The notes under the pieces: model-generated
What the model saw: the letters and a program-made list of their open reading frames with translations, nothing else
Databases searched by the model: none
Told to the model about the DNA's origin: nothing
Shown: positions 28,853 through 38,533 of the stretch, piece after piece
Layout: every line of letters starts with the position of its first letter
How positions within the stretch are numbered: position 1 is the stretch's first letter
NCBI GenBank assembly: GCA_041484665.1
Contig: JBGPIA010000002.1
Span: forward strand, 728,287-792,286
Origin: Candidatus Krumholzibacteriia bacterium
GTDB lineage: Bacteria > Krumholzibacteriota > Krumholzibacteriia > JAJRXK01
Direction: 5' to 3'
DNA length: 64,000 bases
Position numbers and translations under genes: made by a program

Positions 28853-30526
28853 TCAGCGCGCGAGGACCATGCTGCGGCTCAGCGCTCCGTCATCGGTGAT
28901 CAGGCGGTAGTGGTAGAGGCCGGAGGCCACCGCGCGCCCGAGCTCGTCCAGGCCGTCCCAGCGCGCGCTGCCAGCGCCGGCCGGCCGCTCCTCGTCGAGC
29001 AGTCGGCGGACCCGGCGCCCGGCCGCATCATAGATGTCCAGGTGGACGCGTCCCGGCGCTGCGAGCTCGAACGCGATCAGCGTGCTCGGGTTGAACGGGT
29101 TGGGGACGTTCTGCTCCAACGCCAGGCGAGCGACCACGGGTGCGGGCGGCGCGGGCGTCGAGCGGTCGATCGGCACGGCCAGATCCGCCAGCGTTGCGGC
29201 CGCACCCTTCAAGATCGCCAGGGCAAGCGCCGGATCCATGCAGGCGCGGCCCAGGCCGGGGCATGGCTGATTCCACTTGTCGTTGATGCTCTCCCAGTAG
29301 GGGTAGCTGGGGTAGTCCATGTGGATGGCGATGAATGCCGGGATGCCCGCCTGTTGGAAGGGCACGTGGTCGCTTCCCCAGCTCACGTAGTCCTTGCGGT
29401 AGCTGACCCCCGCCCACTGGGTGAGGTTGCCCTGGTAGAGGCTCATCAACGGCTCCCAGGCCGGCTGTCCCTCGATGACCACCGCGAAGTTGGTCTCCCA
29501 GGCGCTGATCTCATCCAGGACCATCGCATTGGTGACGTGCCACCCGTTGGCCCCCAGCTGGCTGACATAGTACTGGCTCCCGTAGATCCCCTGCTCCTCG
29601 CCGCTGAAGCACGCGAAGTGGATGGTGCGCTCGGTGCGGTAGGGAGCGAGCAGCTCGGCTAGGTGCAACACACCCGCGGTACCGCTCGCGTCGTCCTCCG
29701 CGCCGGGGGCGCGCAGGTTGATGTCCTCGCTGAGGGAATCGTGGTGGCTCCCGACCACGATGATCTCGTCGGGAAGCACCACGCCCGTCTTCACCCCGAT
29801 GATGTTCTGCGCGGGCGTGCCACCCACCATGAACGGCTGCCGGATGACGGTGTAGCCCATGGCCCGCAAGCGGTCCTCCATGTAGTCCTGCGCGATGAGG
29901 ATCCCGGGCTTGGTGATGTGACGGTTGTTGGTCGACTTCAGCTGCCCGTTGAGCCAGAAGACCAGGTCCCCGGAGAGCTCGCGGACATACTGGGTCCACT
30001 TCGCGATGTTGAGCGAGTTGACGATGGCCTGCTTCACCTGCGGGTCGACCGCAGTGGTCGTGGCCGTGGCGGTGGCGCCCGCACCAGTGCGCCCCGCGGC
30101 TGCGACCACCGACGCCGGCGCCGGGGGCAGGTAGGTCAGCCGCTCCTTGCGATAAAGCTGGAGCAAGGGGTTCGCGGCTTGTGCGGCGTCCGCTGCCAGC
30201 AGCGCGTAGGCCCCCTCCACGCGCAGCACGGTGGCCACGGTGGACAGCACCGCCACGTCGTCCGCGCCGTGCGGCAGCCGCACGACGAACGCCTCCGCGC
30301 CCACGGGCACGTCGATGGCTTCCACGCCGGGGGCGGTGACGGCCTCGCGCCCCACCCGGGGTACGAGCACGGTGCCGCCAGGCAGGCTGCGAACGGTCAC
30401 CCGGTCGATGCCGCGCGGCATGGGGCCGGAGGTCCAGTAGATCCGCTGCGGACCGGCGGCCGCCGTGGCCACCGCCGCTGCAGAACTCAGCAGCAGCGCT
30501 GCGAGGACGACGGAGAGATGCCTCAT
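28853..30526 (-). CDS. Secreted M28-family aminopeptidase with FlgD-Ig/T9SS-type CTD
   Basis: 'VGSHHDS', 'PGAEDDASGTAGVL', 'FSGEEQGIYGS', 'SDHVPF'. CTD 'QNVPNPFNPST...WDG...ASGLY'. ATG 30526 has SD GAGGAG. Confidence 0.9.
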   Translation of the reverse strand: MRHLSVVLAALLLSSAAAVATAAAGPQRIYWTSGPMPRGIDRVTVRSLPGGTVLVPRVGREAVTAPGVEAIDVPVGAEAFVVRLPHGADDVAVLSTVATVLRVEGAYALLAADAAQAANPLLQLYRKERLTYLPPAPASVVAAAGRTGAGATATATTTAVDPQVKQAIVNSLNIAKWTQYVRELSGDLVFWLNGQLKSTNNRHITKPGILIAQDYMEDRLRAMGYTVIRQPFMVGGTPAQNIIGVKTGVVLPDEIIVVGSHHDSLSEDINLRAPGAEDDASGTAGVLHLAELLAPYRTERTIHFACFSGEEQGIYGSQYYVSQLGANGWHVTNAMVLDEISAWETNFAVVIEGQPAWEPLMSLYQGNLTQWAGVSYRKDYVSWGSDHVPFQQAGIPAFIAIHMDYPSYPYWESINDKWNQPCPGLGRACMDPALALAILKGAAATLADLAVPIDRSTPAPPAPVVARLALEQNVPNPFNPSTLIAFELAAPGRVHLDIYDAAGRRVRRLLDEERPAGAGSARWDGLDELGRAVASGLYHYRLITDDGALSRSMVLAR

Positions 30527-30783
30527 CGCGGATGGACTCCTCGGGGGGCGAGGGTACGGAGAGCGAGTGCGCGGGAGCGAGTACCCGCAGAGCCAGGGCG
30601 CGGAGGCACAACGGCCCGCTCGCGCCGGGCAGCGGCCCAGCGGTCCGCGTCGGTCCCCAGTGTAGCAGCCGACCCCCATGTCGGCCATCCCTCGGTGCCA
30701 GCGGCGGCCGCGGGGCGTACCGGCACCCGACAGCTCGTCGGTCCGGGTCCGCGACACGTGTCTCCTGGCCGACTCCGCGAATA

Positions 30784-30801
30784 TGAGCATAATGATGTAC
30801 A
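30784..30801 (+). promoter_or_regulatory. YefM/Phd-type operator (TGAGCA + TGTACA cores 12 bp apart) overlapping a CATAAT -10
   Basis: atatgagcataatgatgtacaaat directly upstream of the RelE-Phd ORF. Confidence 0.5.
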
Positions 30802-30844
30802 AATTCGCAGAGCCTCCAGGGCAATACTCCCGCTGGGGGCAGGC

Positions 30845-31381
30845 ATGCGCGCTCGACAGGACCTGGCCGTGCGGTTCGCGCCGCAGGCCAGGCGGGATCT
30901 CGACTCTCTCGACCCGCAGCTGCGCTCCCGCCTGGAGCGCACCATCCACACGCAGCTCGCGCGTCACCCCACCATACGCAATCGGCTGTATATCCGCCAG
31001 CTGCACGATCGGGCGGGGCCCCGGTTCTGCCTACGCGTCGGGTCGGCGCGTGTCTTCTACGACGTCGAGTGGGGAGTCCAAGGGCGGGCGAAGGCAGTGT
31101 GGGTGTTAGCGGTCGTCTCGCTCACCACAGGCGGCTTGGGCAGCTCTGCCGAACCGGGGGTACTGCGCGTGCCTCTGGCTCAAGCCAGGCAGGACCTCTG
31201 CCGGTATCTCAAGAGCGCCCAACAGCAGAACGGGCCGATCGTCATCACCCGCCACGGCAAGGCGGCCGGCGTGCTGATTGGGTTCGCCTCCGAAGACGAC
31301 TGGATCGAGTACCGCCTTCGCAATGACCCCGCATTCCTGGAGCTGATCGATGTCGCGCGCTGTGCGCTGGGTGACGCCTGA
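30845..31381 (+). CDS. Fused RelE/ParE-like toxin and Phd/YefM antitoxin in one ORF
   Basis: N-half 'VRFAPQARRDLDSL...FCLRVGSARVFYDV...VWVLAV'; C-half 'VPLAQARQDLCRYLKSA...IVITRHGKAAGVLIGFASEDDW'. No stop between them. Confidence 0.75.
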   Translation: MRARQDLAVRFAPQARRDLDSLDPQLRSRLERTIHTQLARHPTIRNRLYIRQLHDRAGPRFCLRVGSARVFYDVEWGVQGRAKAVWVLAVVSLTTGGLGSSAEPGVLRVPLAQARQDLCRYLKSAQQQNGPIVITRHGKAAGVLIGFASEDDWIEYRLRNDPAFLELIDVARCALGDA

Positions 31382-31450
31382 GCGGCGCCGACCGTGTGCG
31401 GGGGCCGGCGCCTTCACTGGAGAGAGCGTGGGGGGGCGCGAACGAACCTC

Positions 31451-32875
31451 TCAGGCCGTTGGCTGGATGTTCTGGTTGAGCTGGAACAGATTCGTCGGGT
31501 CGTACTTCTTCTTGAGCTGAATGAGTCGATCGAAGTTGGCCCCGTAGGCTGCCCGCACGCGGGGTTGCTCCTCCTGCGTCAGGAAGTTCACGTAGGCGCC
31601 ACCCGTAGCAAATGGTGTCGCCGCGTTGAACAGCTCCCGCGTCCAGGCGATGCACGCGGCATCCTTGGCAGGCTCGGCCCACCGGCCGTGGACGTTGAGC
31701 ACGAACTGCGCATCGCGGTGCGTGTACGCGGTTGCCTCGCTGGGCACCCGGCTGACCGCGCCCCCCAGCTGGGCGAAGGCGATCTCGGTCTGCGGGTCGG
31801 GGATGCGGCGGGCGTGCTGCACGAGGACATCGATCAGGCCGTCGCTCACCTCGCGGAAATCGTGGGTCTTCCAGTAGTTGCGCATCCCCGGCACGAGCAG
31901 CGGGTCGAGGATGGCCTGCCAAGCGGTGAACGGGTGCGGGGCGATCACGTCCGCGATCGGTTTGCCGAAACTGCGCAGCGGCTTCGCCACGCGCTCGCCA
32001 TCCTCGATCTTCCCGCAGTAGCACGCCGCCAGCGCAAGGATCTCCTTGCCGTGCCACTCGACGGGGAGGAATGGCAGGGGCGGAGCCTTCCGCATGACGA
32101 ACCAGCAGACGAACTCCTCGGGAGTGGTGGCGATGAAGTCGCGCCAGAAATGCAGGACGTCGCGGGCCGCGTCCAGGGGATGGACGATGAGCCCCGACAG
32201 CACCTGTGGCCCCACCGGATGGAGGCGGAACTCAAACGAGGTCACGACCCCGAAGTTGCCGCCGCCGCCGCGGATCGCCCAGAAGAGATCGGGGTTCTCG
32301 GCATCGCTGGCCTTGATGAAGCGGCCCGCCGCGGTCACGACGTCCGCCGAGAGCAGGTTGTCGATGGAGAGACCGAACTTGCGGCTCAGCCAACCGAATC
32401 CGCCACCGAGCGTCAATCCCGCTACGCCGGTGGTGGAGTTGATGCCCAGGGGAGTGGCCAGCCCAAACGTCTGCGCCTCGCGGTCGAAGTCGGCGAGGGT
32501 CGCCCCGGGCTCGACGCGGGCGGTCCGGCGCGCCTGATCCACGCTCACCGCCTTCATCTGCGAAAGGTCGATCATCAAGCCGCCGTCGCAGACGGCGTTC
32601 CCCGCGATGTTGTGCCCGCCCCCGCGCACGGCCAGCAGCAGCTGATGCTCGTCGGCGAACCGCACCGCTTGCACAACGTCCTGAGCGTTCGCGCAGCGCA
32701 CGATCAGCGCCGGCCGGCGGTCGATCATGGCGTTCCAGATCGTGCGCGCCTCGTCGTACTCCGGGGACCCGGGAGCGATGAGCACGCCGCGCACGGTCTT
32801 CCGCAGCTGCTCGATGGTGGCCTCGTTGAGAGTTGTCTTGGCGCCCGTGCGGGTCCTGGCTGGAAGGGCTTGCAT
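31451..32875 (-). CDS. FAD-binding oxidoreductase (VAO/berberine-bridge family)
   Basis: 'WNAMIDRRPALIV', 'RGGGHN', 'DLFWAIRGGGGNFGVVT', 'YVNF', 'KKKYDPTNLF..NQNI'. ATG 32875 has SD GGAGG. Confidence 0.95.
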   Translation of the reverse strand: MQALPARTRTGAKTTLNEATIEQLRKTVRGVLIAPGSPEYDEARTIWNAMIDRRPALIVRCANAQDVVQAVRFADEHQLLLAVRGGGHNIAGNAVCDGGLMIDLSQMKAVSVDQARRTARVEPGATLADFDREAQTFGLATPLGINSTTGVAGLTLGGGFGWLSRKFGLSIDNLLSADVVTAAGRFIKASDAENPDLFWAIRGGGGNFGVVTSFEFRLHPVGPQVLSGLIVHPLDAARDVLHFWRDFIATTPEEFVCWFVMRKAPPLPFLPVEWHGKEILALAACYCGKIEDGERVAKPLRSFGKPIADVIAPHPFTAWQAILDPLLVPGMRNYWKTHDFREVSDGLIDVLVQHARRIPDPQTEIAFAQLGGAVSRVPSEATAYTHRDAQFVLNVHGRWAEPAKDAACIAWTRELFNAATPFATGGAYVNFLTQEEQPRVRAAYGANFDRLIQLKKKYDPTNLFQLNQNIQPTA

Positions 32876-33185
32876 CACTACCTCCGCGGGGTGCGCTGGC
32901 GTGGATTCGCGGGTGCCGTTGGCCGGCACGCGGTACTACGCGCCGCCCGCATGATTGTGGGGGTTGCGCTCGAGTCGGGTCTGACTCGAGTCGTGTCGGA
33001 CGGGTGAGGAGCGCCTCACGATATCGGGGTAGGGGGACGAAGGCCGATCATAGCCTGTCGCGGCGGGCGCTTCAAGGCACTGCATGCCACCCTCAGGCAG
33101 TGAACGCGAGCTCCGCGCACGACAGGCGACGGAGTGGCCGGCCGGCTGGTAGACTCCCCTCCACACCTGGGGAGGCTTGCAGACC

Positions 33186-35574
33186 TTGGAAGGCCTGGAC
33201 TCTCTCGCACTACCGCATCCTCGAGCGCATCGGCGCCGGCGGAATGGGCGTGGTCTACCGCGCCCGCGACGAGCGGTTGCAGCGCGACGTCGCCCTAAAG
33301 GTGCTCCCTCCCGAGACCGCCGCCGACGAAGGGGTGCGCCAGCGGGCGCGCGCCGAAGCGGTCGTGCTCTCACAGCTCAATCACCCGGGCGTCGCGACCG
33401 TCTACGATTTCGACACGCAAGACGGCGTCTCGTTTCTGGTGCTTGAGTACCTGCCCGGGGAGAGTCTGGACGCGGTCGTCTCGCGCGGGGCGTTGCCGGA
33501 GCCCGAGGTGGTCTCGATCGGGATCCAGGTGACGGATGCCCTGGCCGCCGCCCACGCCCGCGGGGTCGTGCATCGCGACCTCAAACCCGCCAATCTGCGG
33601 CGGCTCCCGGACAACCGGATCAAAGTGCTGGATTTCGGACTGGCGCGTCTGTTGCGCTCGACGCAGACGCTTGCGCTGACACTGCCCGCCGCCGGCAGGC
33701 ACGCAGCGGGCACCGTCGCGTACATGGCCCCCGAGGTGATTGCCGGCCAGCAGGCCGACGAGCGCAGTGATCTGTACGCGCTGGGCGTCGTGCTCTTCGA
33801 GCTGGGCATCGGCCGCACCCCATTCGCGGGAGACAGCGTGGTGGCTCTGATGTACGCGGTGCTCAACCAGTCCCCGCCTGCCCCGCGCACGCTGCGCCCC
33901 GAGCTGTCCGCGGGCTTCGAGGCCATCGTGCTGCGGGCCATGGACCGCGATCCGTTGCGCCGCCATGCAACGGCCGCCGAGCTGGGCGCGGAGCTGCGGG
34001 TGCTGGCCGCCGGGGGTCCCGCCGGCGGGACGCCCGCGCCGCTGCCGGTGCGATCGCTGGTCGTGCTGCCGCTCGAGAATCTATCGGGCGATCCCTCGCA
34101 GGAGTTTTTCTCCGACGGCATGACCGACGCGCTGATCTCGGGGCTGGCGAAGGTGGCAGGCCTGCGCGTGATCTCGCGCACCTCGGCCATGCGCTACAAA
34201 GGCGCCCGCAAGCCGCTCCCGGAGATCGCCGCCGAGCTGCGCGTCGACGCGGTGATCGAAGGCTCCGTCGTGCGGTCCGGCGAGCGGGTCCGCATCAACG
34301 CGCAGCTCATCCACGCCGGGACGGATGCGCTGCTGTGGGGCGAGAGCTACGAGCGCGAGATCCGCGACGTGCTGGCGCTGCAGTCCGAGGTCGCGCACGC
34401 GGTCGCGAACGAAGTGCGCGCCGCTGTGTCCGCGACCGGGGCAAAGGCGGCGGCGGGCGGGCCGGCCCAGGCGGGGTCCGCGCGGGAAGCGGCCGAGCGC
34501 AACCCGGCCAGCGGGGCAGGGAGTCCGGTCGGCAGCGCGGGAGGCCCAGCCAGCGGTACGGGGAGTCGCGCCAGCGGTGCGGCGAGCCCCACGACCGCGC
34601 GGTCCGCGCGCCGGGTGGAGCCAGCAGCGTTCGACGCGTACCTGCGGGGTCTGCAGGACTGGCACCGGCGGACCGCCGACTCCCTGCACCGGGCGATCGA
34701 GAGTTTTCGCGAGGCGATCCGCCTCGACCCGGGATGGGCGCCCGCGCACGCCGGGCTGGCCGAGTCATGGGCGGTGATCGGATTCTACGGTTACGAGCCG
34801 CCGCGCGAGGCGTTCCCACAGGCGCGCTGCGCCGCGGAGCGGGCACTCCAACTCGACGATTCGCTCGGCGAAGCCTACAGCGTACTCGGTTACGTGCTCC
34901 ACTATCACGACTGGCAGCCACGCGAGGCCGAGCAGGCGTACCGCCGCGGCGTCGAGCTCAGCCCGGGATCGGCGGTAGCCCATCTGTGGTTCACGAACCT
35001 GCTGGCGTCCGCGGGCCGGTTCGAGGAGGGACGCGTCCACGGACGGGAGGCGCTCGCGCTGGATCCGCTTGCGCCTATCATGCACATCGTTCCAGGCTGG
35101 GTGTCCTATTTCGCGCGGGACTTCGACCGCGCGCTGGTGGAGATGGGTCGCGCGCGCGAGCTCGACCCCACGTTCTGGTCCGCGCAGCTCTGGTTCGGTT
35201 GGGCCGCGCTCGCTACCGGACACAACGCCGACGCGCTCGCCGCCTTCGAAGAGGCGGTCCGGTGCTCGGAGCGGACGCCCGAGCCTCTGGGGGCGCTTGC
35301 GTGCGCGGCGGCCCGGGTGGGGGATGAGCGGCGGGCGCGGGCGCTGCTGGGCGACCTGCGGCAGGTGGCAGCCCGGCGCTTCGTGGCGGGCTTCTTTCCG
35401 GCGCTAGTCCACGCCGAGCTGGGGGAGCACGACGCGGCGTTCGAGTGCCTGGAGCTTGCGGTGACCCAGCGGTCCCATTGGCTGATGTGGATTCGCGTGG
35501 ACCCGCGGCTGGATTCCCTGCGCGCGGACCCCCGCTTCGAGCAACTCCGCCGTACGCTCGGGTTGGCTGGCTGA
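33186..35574 (+). CDS. Hanks-type Ser/Thr kinase with TolB-N-like and TPR domains; 5' end possibly frameshifted
   Basis: 'IGAGGMGVVY', 'VALK', 'HRDLKPAN', 'DFG', 'YMAPE', 'LVVLPLENLSGD..QEFFSDGMT' and TPRs. The best start (TTG 33186, GGAGG at 33171) is one base out of frame. Confidence 0.9.
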
Positions 35575-35713
35575 GCGACCGAACCCTCCCCACGATCGGA
35601 CCGGGTTTAGGGGGGGCGGTGGTGTCTCTTGGGCGCAGTCGTAAGCACAACGTGCTCGCGTTGGCTGTCAGCACAGTGTGCTCACTGGGGCGAGCTAGCT
35701 CGTCCGGCCTTCC

Positions 35714-36082
35714 TCAGCGCGCGCTGTACGGGCCGGCTGGCAACAGCCCCTCGAACGGAGTGGCGATGCGCCGTCCACGCGGATCGTGGATATCCACGGC
35801 GATCAATGCGCACGAGCGCGGCGGCACCCCGACATCGAGATCGCCGGTGTTCACCGTCGCCACCACCAGAGTCTCAGGACCCGGCACGAAGTCGGGAGCG
35901 GAGTTCCAGAACGCCGACGTCGAGGCGTGGCGCGCCTGGACGCGCACGAGCGTGTAGGGGTTGGAAGTGGCCGCCGAGTCTCCACCCGTCGGAACCAGGT
36001 AGCTGTAGCCAACGTCGCCGCTGGCCGCTTGACGTGCTACGAACTCCCAGTAGGTCGTCTTGCCGAAGTCGGACGTCCACAT
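35714..36082 (-). pseudogene. Remnant of a secreted CTD-bearing protein
   Basis: 'YWEFVARQAASG..GYSYLVPT..DS..SNPYT' followed by a partial CTD 'VDIHDPRGRRIAT.FEGLLPAGPYS'. Lacks a signal peptide and the CTD end. Confidence 0.5.
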
Positions 36083-36339
36083 GACCCAATTCGTTCCGCA
36101 GGGCAGCAGCCCCGCGTACTTCCTTGCACGCCCGGCCCGCGCAGCTTCGCGCGATCATCGATCCGACCCGCCGACTCCCGACCCTGCCTCAGCGCACCAG
36201 CCGGTAACGCCTGAGGCATTCGCCGCTGGTCTGTGACATAATGGCCCTACGACGCGGTCTGGGCTCTGCCGTCGGTACCGGCTGGCACCAGGCACCGCCG
36301 CCTCTGCATGCGGAGTCCCCCGCCCGGACCGAAGCCCCT

Positions 36340-38019
36340 ATGCACCTGGATGCTTGCCTGCGTTGGAGCGGCACCGCGGCCGCACTCCGGACCATCGCGC
36401 TGGTGCTTGCGTTGGCATTGCCGGCGGGGGGCCAAGCGCTGGCCCCGCCGGCCTATCCGCTGGCGCTCTCGGCCGATGGTCACCACATCGTCGACCAGAC
36501 CGGCCGCGCCGTGTTCTTCAACGCAGACTCTCCGTGGCACATCCTGCCGCGGCTGACGCGTGAGGACACGCAGCTGTATCTGGACAACCGCCAGCAGAAG
36601 GGGTTCAACGCCATCGTCGTGTCGCTGGTGGTGCGGGACGGCTTCCCCGGCGGCACCGGCACCAACGCCTACGGCGCGCCACCGTTTCTGGTCCCCGGGG
36701 ACTTCGCGACCCCCAACGAGGCCTATTTCGCGCACGTCGACTGGGTGCTGCAGCAGGCCAACCAGAGGGGCATCACGGTGTTTCTCTTCCCGGCGTTGGT
36801 CGGCTACATCTGCAGCGCCGAGGGCTGGTGCCAGATCATGCAGCAGAACGGCGATGCGAAGATGCGCGACTGGGGCCGCTGGGTGGGCAACCGGTACAAG
36901 AACCAGCCCAACATCGTCTGGGTGCACGGCGGCGACGTGGATGCCGCCGCGTACGGCGCCCTGGACGAGGTCGACGCGGTCGCGGAGGGCATCCTGGAGA
37001 TGGACCGCAACCACCTGCACACCGCCAACTGCAACCGGTTCAACTCGGCCTTGGACTGCTACAACCGCCCTTGGCTGGACTTCAACACCACATACGGCGA
37101 CTGCACGCGGACGCCGCGTGAGGTGATCACCGACTACCAGCGCCCCACCCCCGTGCCCAGCCTGTACATCGAGGGCCGCTACGAGTACGAGCGGGACTGG
37201 ACCGACCGCTGCTTGCGCAGCCAGGCATACTGGGCGGCCCTGGGCGGCATGACCGGGCACTGCTTCGGCAGCGGTCGCATCTGGGACTTCGTGGCGGGCT
37301 GGCGGACGGCGATGGGCTCACCGGGCTCGTTGTCGATGGACATCTTCGGCCGACTGCTGCGCTCGCGGCCGTGGGCGCTTCTGGTCCCCGACTACGCGCA
37401 CGCGGTGCTCACCAGCGGATATGGGGACATCGACACCGCCGACTATGCGTCCGCCGCGCGCGCATCGGACGGCAGCACGATCGTGGTCTTCACCCCCACG
37501 CAGCGGGCTCTGACCATCGCCATGGGCCGGATCACAGGCAGCACGGCCGTCGCGTGGTGGTTCGACCCGGTTAGGGGGGTGGCCAGCGCCGCAGGCACCT
37601 TTCCCACCACCGGCTCACGGGCTTTCACCCCGCCAACCGCCGCGGAATGGGTCCTGGTGGTCGACAACCAGGCCGCGGGCTTCGCTCCCCCGGGCCAGGG
37701 CGAGTGGCAGGTGACGGGCGTCGCGCCCGCTCCCGCACGGCGCAGTTTCGTGCTGGAGCAGAACCATCCCAACCCGTTCAACCCGCAGACGACCATCCGG
37801 TACACGCTAGCGCACGACGGCCGCGCGGTGCTGCGGATTTTCGACGCGACGGGAGCGCTGGTGCGGACGCTCGTGGACGTGAACCAGGCTGTGGGCGAGC
37901 AGGTGGTCTCGTGGGATGGCCGAACTGACCGCGGGGGCAGCGCTGCGAGCGGCGTGTACTTCTACCAGCTAGAGGCGGACGGATCCGTGCAGGCACGGAA
38001 AATCGTGCTGCTCCGGTAG
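36340..38019 (+). CDS. Secreted DUF4038/GH140 (apiosidase-like) glycoside hydrolase with collagen-binding-like domain and CTD
   Basis: 'YLDNRQQKGFN', 'PNEAYFAHVD', 'NIVWVHGGD', 'EGRYE', 'AWWFDPVRG'. CTD 'QNHPNPFNPQT...WDG...SGVYFYQL'. Start could be 36241. Confidence 0.85.
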   Translation: MHLDACLRWSGTAAALRTIALVLALALPAGGQALAPPAYPLALSADGHHIVDQTGRAVFFNADSPWHILPRLTREDTQLYLDNRQQKGFNAIVVSLVVRDGFPGGTGTNAYGAPPFLVPGDFATPNEAYFAHVDWVLQQANQRGITVFLFPALVGYICSAEGWCQIMQQNGDAKMRDWGRWVGNRYKNQPNIVWVHGGDVDAAAYGALDEVDAVAEGILEMDRNHLHTANCNRFNSALDCYNRPWLDFNTTYGDCTRTPREVITDYQRPTPVPSLYIEGRYEYERDWTDRCLRSQAYWAALGGMTGHCFGSGRIWDFVAGWRTAMGSPGSLSMDIFGRLLRSRPWALLVPDYAHAVLTSGYGDIDTADYASAARASDGSTIVVFTPTQRALTIAMGRITGSTAVAWWFDPVRGVASAAGTFPTTGSRAFTPPTAAEWVLVVDNQAAGFAPPGQGEWQVTGVAPAPARRSFVLEQNHPNPFNPQTTIRYTLAHDGRAVLRIFDATGALVRTLVDVNQAVGEQVVSWDGRTDRGGSAASGVYFYQLEADGSVQARKIVLLR

Positions 38020-38090
38020 TGCCGGCTTACTCCATGGGGCTTTGTGCACCCTGACTGACGCACGGCATGTGCGACATGCAGCAGTGCGCG

Positions 38091-38300
38091 CTACTTCTTG
38101 CTGCCGAACCGGCCCTTGAGGCCGCCCACGCTGGAGCTGGCCGCTGGCACGGGGCCGGTCGGAATGCTGCCCAGGTAGTGGGCGCCGCCCATCGACCACA
38201 GACACGCCTGCACATTACTTGACGACCCGTTCACGTCGAGCGCGTATACACCGCAGTCTTGGGTCAGCGCTAGGAACTCAAACCGTGAGCGTGTGACCGA
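38091..38300 (-). pseudogene. Probable 3' gene fragment ending in a 'PVPAASSSVGGLKGRF' C-terminal tag
   Basis: Protein-like tail 'CGVYALDVNG...CLWSMGGAHYLGSIPTGPVPAASSSVGGLKGRFGSKK*'. No convincing start; 5' boundary approximate. Confidence 0.4.
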
Positions 38301-38533
38301 CCGCATCGTAGAGCACCCTGATCTCGTCCATCCTGTCTCTCCGCCCTCGATCGAATCGGTGGTGTCCACCGCTGCACTTTCACGCTCGAGCTGCGTCGCA
38401 GCGGCGCGATCCGGCAATCCCTTCGCGCGAGAGAACTTCGCTTTGTGCCGAACACGCCCTCTTGGTAGAGTCCACATAGCCTTGGAGTCCAGTACCCGTC
38501 GCTCTGGCAGACGAGGAGCGTGACCCCGGTCCG

